Shown here one piece after another: positions 8,834 to 17,326 of a stretch of DNA of 41,058 nucleotides. The stretch's first letter is position 1, and the number at the start of each line of letters is the position of its first letter. The position numbers and the translations under genes were made by a program. The DNA comes from a virus (lineage: Duplodnaviria > Caudoviricetes), in the IMG/VR virus record IMGVR_UViG_3300020413_000989, positions 1 to 41,058 of that record. One strand, 5' to 3'. Under the pieces are notes generated by a model. That model was not told the DNA's origin. It did not search any database and saw only the letters and a program-made list of their open reading frames with translations.

Positions 8834-9825
8834 TTTTTCATCCTCAGTTTGATTTTTAGTTGTGACTCTTCAGCATTCTTCACTATTGTGTATAAAGTGT
8901 ACAGTCTACCATATTTACGCACGGCATCATTAACATCTTTGATATCTTGGCTCCAATCAGGCATACTTACACTCCAGCCTGCTTCAATACTGTCATGCAC
9001 TAATTTTTGACCTGCTTCATCTCTGTCAGGAACAACTATTACGTGTTTGCCTAAACTGTTCAACAATGCTGTTTGTTGTTCTTTGACTTCACTGCCTAGC
9101 AGTGCAACACCATCAATAGCAATAGCATCAATTGGCCCTTCAACAGCAACAACATATTTTCTGTCATCATTTTGTTCATCAATGTTAAACACATACCCTG
9201 GTTGTTGTTCTGATAGATACTTAACTTTGCTTTCAACTGTTTTTCTTGCTGTGTACCCTACAATTTTTTCTCTATAATAGAAAGGAATAATTAATCTGTC
9301 TTTAAAGCCTACTTCTGGACTCCAATAAAATTCATAGTCATTTAGAGTCATTTTTCTTTCCATGATATATGACAGCACCTTAAACAAGTTAGGATCCATA
9401 CCACTTGGTTCTAATTCTTTGTATGTTGCCCATTCATGTATAGGCTTGGACTTTGCTGGAAGTTCTTTTGTTTCAAACTTAGGTAAACTTATAATTGATT
9501 TGTATCCAACTGTATCAGTTTTTGTTTGCAGTGCCTGAAGTGCCAATTTTGTAATCACATCATCTGGAACATTTAGCCATCGCATAAACTTTTTCATTTT
9601 GTAAGAAATGTTTCTGCCTATACGCCAACTTGTTTTGAATCCACAGTTGAAACAATGATAACTTACACCTTCTTCTGCATTTGCAATCAATCCACCTCTT
9701 TGTCTTGTGTCAGGAGTTGTACCATTATGCTCACAACATGGAGCATTAAAAGCCAACCAGCCACTTGGTGTTTGTTTCCGTTTTGCAGGCAAGTAAATTT
9801 GTAATGCATCAAAGACAATGTTCAT
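8821..9825 (-). CDS. DNA primase (T4 gp61/DnaG-like)
   Basis: Zn-binding region (PCCEH...HCFNCG), TOPRIM motifs VEGPIDA and PDRDEAG, and KDVNDA. Confidence 0.92.
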   Translation of the reverse strand: MNIVFDALQIYLPAKRKQTPSGWLAFNAPCCEHNGTTPDTRQRGGLIANAEEGVSYHCFNCGFKTSWRIGRNISYKMKKFMRWLNVPDDVITKLALQALQTKTDTVGYKSIISLPKFETKELPAKSKPIHEWATYKELEPSGMDPNLFKVLSYIMERKMTLNDYEFYWSPEVGFKDRLIIPFYYREKIVGYTARKTVESKVKYLSEQQPGYVFNIDEQNDDRKYVVAVEGPIDAIAIDGVALLGSEVKEQQTALLNSLGKHVIVVPDRDEAGQKLVHDSIEAGWSVSMPDWSQDIKDVNDAVRKYGRLYTLYTIVKNAEESQLKIKLRMKKWFA

Positions 9826-9831
9826 GCATTA

Positions 9832-9860
9832 ATAATATAACCTTTTGGTCAAAAAGTCAA
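9832..9860 (-). promoter_or_regulatory. sigma70-type promoter for primase
   Basis: TTGACT-17 nt-TATTAT, 6 nt before the ATG. Confidence 0.75.
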
Positions 9861-10667
9861 TTAATTTCGAACTAAAACTTTGGTAATTTTATTTTGAAAC
9901 ACATTGTTCACTTGAATTGTGCTAGTGTGTTTGATTCTTAAGTTGCTGTACACACCATTGAAATTGACATATTTCAAAGTGTCCGAACTTGTTGCTGTGA
10001 AAGTATCTATGTCCACCCAAAATGTTGATACAGTTGGACGGTTTTCTAAAGTACCTTGTATTACTATGTTACCTTCTGCACCATCCAAATAATAAGCAAC
10101 AGTGTGAAGTGCTGAATTACCATTTATGGCTGGTTGAGCAGGAATATTTTCAGAATAGAATATATCAGATGCTCCTTGATCCTGTGTAAAGGTTGTAACT
10201 GAAGTGGAATCTAAAGGACCTGGAAACTCATCTTTTGAAACAAAAATAGTTCCTTTAGCGTCAAAGTTTGTTCCTGAATGTAAAATAGTTTTTGAGTTAT
10301 CACCTGTTTTGTGTAAAAATACTGAGTATGAAAGGTACTGTGATGGAATGTTTAATAGGTCGTTTTCGCTGATTGTAATTGTAAAATGTCCAACTTTGCT
10401 TGGAGTTGATGTTTCCAGCACTGTGCCGTCTCTTTCAACTATTAACCTATTGTTTTCATCATATAATTTAAATTTAGGTGTGTAGGTGTTCAGTATGCTG
10501 ACAGGCTTTTGATCCGCATTCAGCACATTAAATTGAATCGATGTGTCTATTCCACGATATACATTGATATTTCTTTGATACACAGTTCTATACTCCGTTA
10601 CTTCGCCAGCCAGATTCGCTGTCAGGCTTATACTGTTATTTAATAAATATTTTGGCACAAGTTGCAT
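9861..10667 (-). CDS. Hypothetical, probably virion structural protein
   Basis: Start re-assigned to ATG 10667 (MQLVPKYLL), which removes the overlap with the plus-strand gene. Ser/Thr/Asn-rich and beta-type; preceded by ATAAATA (10688-10694). Confidence 0.6.
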   Translation of the reverse strand: MQLVPKYLLNNSISLTANLAGEVTEYRTVYQRNINVYRGIDTSIQFNVLNADQKPVSILNTYTPKFKLYDENNRLIVERDGTVLETSTPSKVGHFTITISENDLLNIPSQYLSYSVFLHKTGDNSKTILHSGTNFDAKGTIFVSKDEFPGPLDSTSVTTFTQDQGASDIFYSENIPAQPAINGNSALHTVAYYLDGAEGNIVIQGTLENRPTVSTFWVDIDTFTATSSDTLKYVNFNGVYSNLRIKHTSTIQVNNVFQNKITKVLVRN

Positions 10668-10704
10668 AATCTTTAATAATTTTAATGTATTTATTGGTTT
10701 AAGA

Positions 10705-11070
10705 ATGCTGTTAGACGACATAGAAAAGAACTTTCCATTTATATCCGTAGTAGAATACGGAGGACAGGAGTATGTGGGAGTTATAAACAATCAGGACAAC
10801 GCAATTACCAGTATGTACATATACACAGACATACATTCTAAACTAAAAGAAGCATTTCTTGAACTGGGTAACACATGGTGGCATGAGTCCAATAGAATGA
10901 TTCCGATTGGTATATTTTTGAGGCAGGAAATGGAAAAATTTAGAAATGTGTTGATGATTATGAATACAAAAGATGTATCTGTTAAATTAGGTCCAGTAAC
11001 AAGCCTTGCAAATTTAGCCATGAAACGCAGTAAACGTAAGTCGGTTCAATTAGTACGTAAGCCTAAGTAA
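10705..11070 (+). CDS. Hypothetical phage protein (only credible plus-strand gene after 3 kb)
   Basis: Fits exactly in the gap between minus-strand genes. Natural composition with WWHESNRMIPI and a basic tail; ATAAATA on the plus strand at 10643-10649. Confidence 0.75.
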   Translation: MLLDDIEKNFPFISVVEYGGQEYVGVINNQDNAITSMYIYTDIHSKLKEAFLELGNTWWHESNRMIPIGIFLRQEMEKFRNVLMIMNTKDVSVKLGPVTSLANLAMKRSKRKSVQLVRKPK

Positions 11071-11385
11071 TCAATCAAATAAAAGTTTTGCTAGACGCTT
11101 ATTGCCTTTTTTATCAAGGTAATTTTTTACTCTTTTAACTTTCCAATCTTCGTATGGAAAGACATATGTTGGGTGATCTGTTTTGTCTTTACCCCATCTA
11201 ATTTTATTCCAAACTCTTTCGTGTCCGTAATACAAAAACATTTTTGTTATTACTTCTATACCTGCTATGGCTCCAGCCATACTTATTGTTCCGGTGATAA
11301 ACCACGAAATAAGAAACGTATCACTTGTTGCTAGGATACGCCATGATAGTGTTTTTGCTAAACTTCTTCTTGCTTTACTTTTCAT
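11071..11385 (-). CDS. DUF2061-like small membrane protein
   Basis: RSLAKTLSWR...FITG...YYGHERVW..I.WG signature with two hydrophobic segments. Confidence 0.85.
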   Translation of the reverse strand: MKSKARRSLAKTLSWRILATSDTFLISWFITGTISMAGAIAGIEVITKMFLYYGHERVWNKIRWGKDKTDHPTYVFPYEDWKVKRVKNYLDKKGNKRLAKLLFD

Positions 11386-11941
11386 TTTTCAATTGCTCAC
11401 AAATTAAATTCATATGAACAACTACTGCAACAGCATAGGACGTTGCGTGGGACTTTTTAAAAAAATATTTGTCATCAGATGGTTTCACCCAAACTTCTTG
11501 CATAATTTTATTCCAAGTTTCATTTAACAAATACCTTTTGCTAGGTCTTATAATTGCCAACACTGCCGCTAGTTGTTCAATGCTTTTTGGTTTCAACTTT
11601 CTTAATATTTCTGAATGACCATTTAAATGAAACACTTTGTCGCTAAAGTCTTTGGCTTCTAGCAACTCCCACATAGGTTGCTTGTTCATTAATTGTTTAA
11701 GATGATCATCATCTTTAATATCTTTGTAGATGCTTACGTTCAAGCAATCTATTTTAAAATAATTTCTATCTTCAGCAGTTTCATAATCTATTGTTGCCAT
11801 ATTTGTTGCTGGATCATGCGGAACTTCTGTGAAGTAAACACCTGTGTTGTGTTTCTTATCTGTATCTAATTTTGCTATCCTATGTTTTAATTTGTCTAAC
11901 AAAATTGTTCTATCTGCAAAGTCTATGTCTACATCAGGCAT
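11375..11941 (-). CDS. Miniature DnaE-like protein (palm/partial fingers only)
   Basis: Begins MPDVDIDFADR, followed by KHNTGVY, YFKIDCL, LAAVLAIIRP and FFKKSHATSYA, all in DnaE order. Confidence 0.85.
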   Translation of the reverse strand: MPDVDIDFADRTILLDKLKHRIAKLDTDKKHNTGVYFTEVPHDPATNMATIDYETAEDRNYFKIDCLNVSIYKDIKDDDHLKQLMNKQPMWELLEAKDFSDKVFHLNGHSEILRKLKPKSIEQLAAVLAIIRPSKRYLLNETWNKIMQEVWVKPSDDKYFFKKSHATSYAVAVVVHMNLICEQLKNEK

Positions 11942-12063
11942 TATATTGTTCCTTGTAAAAAATTTAAAAGCACTGCAAGTAGATATATAAATCCACCAAT
12001 ACTTACAATACCAAGTAATATTTTTTTAGTAAAAAGTTTTCTTACGTAATACATTTCAAGCAT
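11941..12063 (-). CDS. Small single-pass membrane protein, 40 aa (MLEMYYVRKLFTKKILLGIVSIGGFIYLLAVLLNFLQGTI); not in the ORF track
   Basis: Translated by hand. It overlaps the rpiB stop and has a TAATG junction with the mini-DnaE start. Confidence 0.65.
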   Translation of the reverse strand: MLEMYYVRKLFTKKILLGIVSIGGFIYLLAVLLNFLQGTI

Positions 12064-12499
12064 CTAATTTTTTTACCCTTCTTGTGTGTCTACCTTTTAA
12101 AAATTTAGTTTTAAAAAATGCCTCTATCATATATTTTGCTGTTTCAAAATCTACGTAGTCTGCACCAATACATAATACATTCATATCGTTATGTTGTCTA
12201 GCCTGTTCCACATCAAATATATCAAAACACACTACCGCTCTTGCACCTTTGAATCTATTTGCCTGTATTGCCATACCAAAACCACTGCCACAAAATAAAA
12301 TTACCCTATCATCTTTATCTAAACCTCCGCAGGCTTTTTTGGCTATGTCGTTATAATCTGTTCTCTTATTTTCATATATGCCTATGTCATGGAACGTAAC
12401 AATATCGTCCATGCACTCGTCAATAGGACATATCCATTTGGAAACTTTATCCTTTAGTTCCATACCTCTGTGATCAGCACCTATTGTTAAATCTATCAT
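12056..12499 (-). CDS. rpiB: Ribose-5-phosphate isomerase B (RpiB/LacAB family)
   Basis: IGADHRG, CGSGFGMAIQANR..GARA, ARQHNDMNVLCIG and F..GRH.RRV. Confidence 0.93.
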   Translation of the reverse strand: MIDLTIGADHRGMELKDKVSKWICPIDECMDDIVTFHDIGIYENKRTDYNDIAKKACGGLDKDDRVILFCGSGFGMAIQANRFKGARAVVCFDIFDVEQARQHNDMNVLCIGADYVDFETAKYMIEAFFKTKFLKGRHTRRVKKLDA

Positions 12500-13149
12500 A
12501 ATTTTAACTTACTGTGACCTCCACCAACTTCACCTTCTACCCATGTGTTAAAGGACAATGTGTATCTTAAATCAGTTGGACTCGCATTAATTTCAACACT
12601 GTGGTTTAAAAAACTAGGAAACAACATCAAGTCCCATTTCTTCGGACAAACTGCCATCCTTGTTTGATGATACAAATAACTTCTTTTGTTTGTGAAATCA
12701 AATTGTTCTTTGTGATCTAGTCTTACAGTATCAGTAAAAATATTTGTATGACTCTTATCTTTGTGAAATACTATGTTAGATGTGTCTTTACAATCTGTTA
12801 AAAACAAAACACCAGAGATTAAACTATTACTGTGATAATGCTCCTGTATGTATTGATTTTGTTCGTATTTGTTACACCAACTTGTTGTTAAAACAAATTT
12901 ATGTTTTTCATGCACATCTAAATATCCGTGCATGAATTCACTTACTTGCTGTAAAATTTCTGTTTTTAACGGCAATAAGTTATCTTTATCTAACACATAA
13001 TCATCTTTTGAAATGTATGATACTTTGTGTGAACGTAATTCATAATCTAATTTTTCTTTGATAAATTTTTCACTTTCTTCATATGGTTTAATTTGCGTTT
13101 GACACAAAGGTATACCAAATAAAGGTACAACATTATTTTCTTTTATCAT
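12496..13149 (-). CDS. Putative 2OG-Fe(II) oxygenase (TIGR02466-like phage family)
   Basis: SWCN, HYHSNSLISGVLF, LMLFPSFLNHSV and RYTLSFN. Confidence 0.85.
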   Translation of the reverse strand: MIKENNVVPLFGIPLCQTQIKPYEESEKFIKEKLDYELRSHKVSYISKDDYVLDKDNLLPLKTEILQQVSEFMHGYLDVHEKHKFVLTTSWCNKYEQNQYIQEHYHSNSLISGVLFLTDCKDTSNIVFHKDKSHTNIFTDTVRLDHKEQFDFTNKRSYLYHQTRMAVCPKKWDLMLFPSFLNHSVEINASPTDLRYTLSFNTWVEGEVGGGHSKLKL

Positions 13150-13829
13150 ATTCTTGCCTCTTTTGTTATTTCTTTTACCATTTCAATATCTGCTGGTAAT
13201 CGCTTAAATCTTAATGCCCAATGATTAGGATCCATTATAGGATACACAATTTGTAGTTGTTCATTGTTAAATCTATTCATCATTTGTTTTCCGCTCTTAC
13301 AATTTAATATTAACCAAGGACTTATTTTGCCATCTTTAATATCCATTACTGCTCTATTTAGACTTGCATAACGAAAGTAATCACTCCAAGTGGCTTCTTT
13401 TTCATCTCCCCAATCCATCATAGTTTTGATTGATCTTTCCATTGCTGTTTCAACCTTTTCACGTAAGATTAAATCTATTGCATACTTTTGATACAATTCT
13501 TCTCTACACCAGTGGTCTAATTTTACTCCGCTTGTGACAACGTAATCAATGTATTTGCTAGGATACAACGGCTTAACATTGCTGATAAAACTTCCAAATT
13601 TTACAAATGCTGTATAATATGGACTTTTGCAAAACTCTTCATATGTTTTGGTTTTAGATGCTTTTTGACACAGTTCATAAAATCTTACAAAAGTTTGATA
13701 ACCTAATTGTACTCTTCGTTCGTCTTTTTGTAAGAACCTTCTTTTTTGTTCGCACATATGAACTGATAAAGTTTTTTCTTTAGTAAATTTAGCACTACAA
13801 TATGGACAAGTGTATAATTTTTCTATCAT
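13146..13829 (-). CDS. Hypothetical protein with N-terminal zinc finger
   Basis: YTCPYCSAKFTKEKTLSVHMC (C2H2/C2HC-like pattern). Confidence 0.7.
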   Translation of the reverse strand: MIEKLYTCPYCSAKFTKEKTLSVHMCEQKRRFLQKDERRVQLGYQTFVRFYELCQKASKTKTYEEFCKSPYYTAFVKFGSFISNVKPLYPSKYIDYVVTSGVKLDHWCREELYQKYAIDLILREKVETAMERSIKTMMDWGDEKEATWSDYFRYASLNRAVMDIKDGKISPWLILNCKSGKQMMNRFNNEQLQIVYPIMDPNHWALRFKRLPADIEMVKEITKEARI

Positions 13830-14305
13830 AATTGCTTTTTAATCTGCTCCGGAGTCATTCCAAAGTCTTTTGCTAATTGTTTTATTTCTTTTGCGTCATT
13901 TATAGCAACAAGTAATTTTATTTCATCTGGCTTCATTGTAGGATATAGTTTTTCTAAAAATTTTGTTGTTTTGGCATTGCCGCCGGACTCTTTAAATTTA
14001 TATCCTATCCATTCATGATACCTAATATTTTTCTTAGAACTTGCAGTCATGCAAAGTAGATACCATAAAAGTTTTTTGTGTTTTGTTAGTGTAAAGAAGT
14101 GCTTATTATAATATTGATTTGTTTTCAGTATTTGTAATTCTTTGTCCTGTTGACTACCTTTTATAGCACTTGCATATCTATTCAACAAGTAGAAACTAAC
14201 TTGCTTTCTTTCATCATCTGATAAATCTTCCCAAACGTTCTTTGCGTTCATGTCAATTGCCGCAAGTACATCTTTCAAAGGTAATTTGTTAATCTTCGTA
14301 GCCAT
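13826..14305 (-). CDS. Possible clamp-loader small subunit (T4 gp62-like)
   Basis: Size and pattern (L.AID...FYLLNRYAS...NQYYN...LLWYLL...EWIG) resemble gp62 of T4-like phages; replication context. Confidence 0.45.
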   Translation of the reverse strand: MATKINKLPLKDVLAAIDMNAKNVWEDLSDDERKQVSFYLLNRYASAIKGSQQDKELQILKTNQYYNKHFFTLTKHKKLLWYLLCMTASSKKNIRYHEWIGYKFKESGGNAKTTKFLEKLYPTMKPDEIKLLVAINDAKEIKQLAKDFGMTPEQIKKQL

Positions 14306-14549
14306 ATAATTCTAATAACATTGTATACTTTTCCCATGCTTTTTGCAAGCCTTTATGTGCCAAACACATTTCTACAGCACGTTCAGTTACAAAAAACTGT
14401 CGATTTTGACACTCTTCTTCTATTGTTGCTTTGTTGCTTTTGGAAATTAATACCTTTGGACCTTTACCACCGATTGGTTCTCCATAAACGGTTTCACCAC
14501 CATCGGGAGAGGTAAAAATCATTTGTTCTTCTTTTTTCTTTTTTGCCAT
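14289..14549 (-). CDS. Hypothetical protein
   Basis: Overlaps both neighbouring genes; contains IFTSPDGGETVY. Confidence 0.65.
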   Translation of the reverse strand: MAKKKKEEQMIFTSPDGGETVYGEPIGGKGPKVLISKSNKATIEEECQNRQFFVTERAVEMCLAHKGLQKAWEKYTMLLELYGYED

Positions 14550-15055
14550 TATAACAACTGCGTGTATTCAATACTTTCACACTGTCTTGAAATATCTTTA
14601 ACAAAGAAAGCACAATCTGGTTGTTTTCCATTTGTTAAAGGTGTACTGATCAATTGATTATTTTTCATTTTCGGAAAGTACCATTTTACTTCATTATAAA
14701 AATTTACAACATTTACTTCTTCAAAGTCTGCTTTAAAACTGCTTAATGGATTAAAAATAAATGCTGAAAATCCTCTATCTGCTATGCTGGTTAAAGGCAC
14801 AACTTCAACAGTATTACTGTCTTCTTTATCTCCAACTGCTATGCTCCAATCTAATGGCATAGTAATTTCTTTGCCTCCGATGTCTAGCACTATTGCTGGT
14901 GCACTAAAAGATTCAATGTAAATTAAAGGTATAAAGAAAAAGTCTGGCTCTTTAGGATTACTGTTGTCTAAAACAGAAAAAGCCATATCTTCCGATACTG
15001 TTTCCGGCAACTTATCTAAATTGTAGGACAAATTGTCCACTGTTAGTATTCTCAT
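14549..15055 (-). CDS. Hypothetical protein, possibly a degenerate Hint-like fold
   Basis: Translationally coupled ORF with a beta-rich pattern; see findings. Confidence 0.6.
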   Translation of the reverse strand: MRILTVDNLSYNLDKLPETVSEDMAFSVLDNSNPKEPDFFFIPLIYIESFSAPAIVLDIGGKEITMPLDWSIAVGDKEDSNTVEVVPLTSIADRGFSAFIFNPLSSFKADFEEVNVVNFYNEVKWYFPKMKNNQLISTPLTNGKQPDCAFFVKDISRQCESIEYTQLL

Positions 15056-15870
15056 TTTTGTTCTCCAAATCCTGTTTTGTTTGTATTGGTATCATACCAA
15101 AAATACTGTGTGCCTTGTTTGGGTGCCTTATATAAAGTTTCGAAAGGTAAAAATACTCCTGATGGCATTGACGCTCCTTTTTTATTATCTCTGCCGTCGG
15201 TACTCCATGGATTGTCCACGGTAATTAATGGAACGTTTGAAGCATATGACATCATTTTAATGCAAGACAGATGCCAATCATCGTGTGCTTGTTGAATGTA
15301 AGGAAATAAATCTTTGTCAGCATTACTGGCATGGAGTATGGCTTGTACACCTTTATCTGAATATGCTTTTACAAGATTTTCAGTGCCGTCCCAATAATTT
15401 CCTACTAGATCATTACAAATCATTGCACCAACTTTAAATTTTTCATTTTTGTTTGTAAGTTCTACTACAACTCCCGGCTCGCCTGGCTGACAACCAGTGT
15501 CATAGTGTACAATATATCTCTTACAAATAGTTCCAATGTGTTCACCTTGTTGGTTAATAAAACGTAATTGGTTTGTTTTTTTACCAAAAACAAAATTATG
15601 TCTTTTATCTTTTTCATCCAACCACAATGTTCCTAAAATTAATCCTAAACTATTTTTACTACAATATTCTTGTAATTTTTTTACCGCATCTTCAGTGTCT
15701 TGACAAGTGTTGACAGTGAAACTAGGAGCATCATATCCACTCACAGATGCTTCAGGTGTCATAAGATAATCTATACCATTTGCTACTGCCCAGTCACAGG
15801 CTTTTAAAATACTTTCATAATTTACTTTTGCATCCATCGTTACCGGTATTTGTGCTACACCTATTTTCAT
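15052..15870 (-). CDS. Carbon-nitrogen hydrolase (nitrilase superfamily)
   Basis: MKIGVAQ start and the Glu-Lys-Cys triad: TPEASVSGY, CKRYI, MICNDL. Confidence 0.88.
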   Translation of the reverse strand: MKIGVAQIPVTMDAKVNYESILKACDWAVANGIDYLMTPEASVSGYDAPSFTVNTCQDTEDAVKKLQEYCSKNSLGLILGTLWLDEKDKRHNFVFGKKTNQLRFINQQGEHIGTICKRYIVHYDTGCQPGEPGVVVELTNKNEKFKVGAMICNDLVGNYWDGTENLVKAYSDKGVQAILHASNADKDLFPYIQQAHDDWHLSCIKMMSYASNVPLITVDNPWSTDGRDNKKGASMPSGVFLPFETLYKAPKQGTQYFWYDTNTNKTGFGEQK

Positions 15871-15871
15871 A

Positions 15872-17326
15872 TTAATTCCAATCTAACTTTTCTAATGTAA
15901 AAGGATAATTTGCTTCTTTGTAAAATTTTTTCCTATGTGTCAAATGTCTTTTAGCAAACTTACAACTTGACGTGATATCCCAAATTTGTACAAAGTCTTT
16001 GTCTTTTGCTTTACGAATTCCACGTCCTATTGACTGTATTACTCTTACAAATGACTTTCCTGGCTCTATTAATACTAAATTAAATATTCTTGGAATATTA
16101 ATACCTACTGATGCTACACCATATGTTGCAATTATAACTTTGTCATCCGAACTGCTTATTTCATCATACTGCTCTTTTCTTTCTTCTAATTTTGTTTCAC
16201 CCTGTATAAAAACACTACCGTCTATCAATTTTTGTAATTCTGTTCCTGCTGTTAGTCTGTCAATTAATACAAGTGTATTGCCCGAGACTCTTATTTTTTC
16301 AATTAGTTTTGCAATATATTCTAAACGTTTTTGATTTGTTGTAAGATATTTCAGTTCTTCTTGATAATTTTTATAAACTGGAGTGTCAAGCATTTGTACA
16401 ACATTTACATGACATTTAGATAATACTCCTTTGTCTTGCAATTCTTTTGCACTTATTTGATTAACCACGGGCCCGATACTTGCCAATATGCTTTGAAATT
16501 CAAATTGTTCTTTAGGCACTGTGCCGGTTAGTCCCCATCTGATAGGAGCATTTTTTAAATGATGTGTAAGTAATTTTTTCAACACATCTGCTTTTGCTTG
16601 GTGAACTTCGTCAACGATTATTGCTTTAACACCATCTAAAAATTCTGTTAGTGTTAGTACTGAGTCTCCTGATTTTGCTCTCTTGTCTAAAATATTTAGA
16701 CTTTGCCACGTGCAAATGGTGTGTGTTCTGTTCAACTCTTTTCTATCACCAAAGTAAACACCTACGTCTAGTCCAACAGTTTTATAATCTTCTTCTGTTT
16801 GTGTGACAAGTGACTTATTTGGAACTATTACAACTGTTCTTCCTATGCTTTCACATAAACTTGATAAACAAGCAGTAATAATAGTTTTACCAGCACCAGT
16901 GGCAACCTCTTGTAAACTTTGTGGTGTACGTAAAAAATTATTTACAACTTCTACTTGATAATCTCTTAATTCAATTGCTTGACCTTCGCATTGATGTCCT
17001 TTGGGCCATTGTTTATTAGCAAAGTAATCTTTGTCTATTAAATTAAAATTTAAATCTGTTTTCTGTCTTTTGTCATCAATTGAATCTACTTCAATACCTT
17101 CTTCATGAATTATTTGTAAAATTTTATCTAAATGATTAACATAACCATTACCACCTAAACCAAAGAAACCAACTTTACCATCCCATCTACCTAACTTATA
17201 TTGAGGCAAATATCTAGCATACGGAACTTGCCATTTCATTTTATTTGATATTTTTCTTCTTACATCAACAGGAAGTCCATCAATTTTTACATTGACTTCA
17301 TCATTTATTATAATTTTACATCTCAT
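15872..17326 (-). CDS. uvsW: Superfamily 2 DNA helicase (UvsW-like)
   Basis: LRDYQ, ATGAGKT, DEVH, GLTGT, GINIP and QSIGRGIR. Confidence 0.9.
   Translation of the reverse strand: MRCKIIINDEVNVKIDGLPVDVRRKISNKMKWQVPYARYLPQYKLGRWDGKVGFFGLGGNGYVNHLDKILQIIHEEGIEVDSIDDKRQKTDLNFNLIDKDYFANKQWPKGHQCEGQAIELRDYQVEVVNNFLRTPQSLQEVATGAGKTIITACLSSLCESIGRTVVIVPNKSLVTQTEEDYKTVGLDVGVYFGDRKELNRTHTICTWQSLNILDKRAKSGDSVLTLTEFLDGVKAIIVDEVHQAKADVLKKLLTHHLKNAPIRWGLTGTVPKEQFEFQSILASIGPVVNQISAKELQDKGVLSKCHVNVVQMLDTPVYKNYQEELKYLTTNQKRLEYIAKLIEKIRVSGNTLVLIDRLTAGTELQKLIDGSVFIQGETKLEERKEQYDEISSSDDKVIIATYGVASVGINIPRIFNLVLIEPGKSFVRVIQSIGRGIRKAKDKDFVQIWDITSSCKFAKRHLTHRKKFYKEANYPFTLEKLDWN

Noticed and set aside
3738-11941. 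The two DnaE ORFs as halves of an intein- or intron-split gene
   Set aside because: Both contain the same PDVDIDF, KxD and SH/AH motifs, so they are redundant rather than complementary, and no intein termini are visible.
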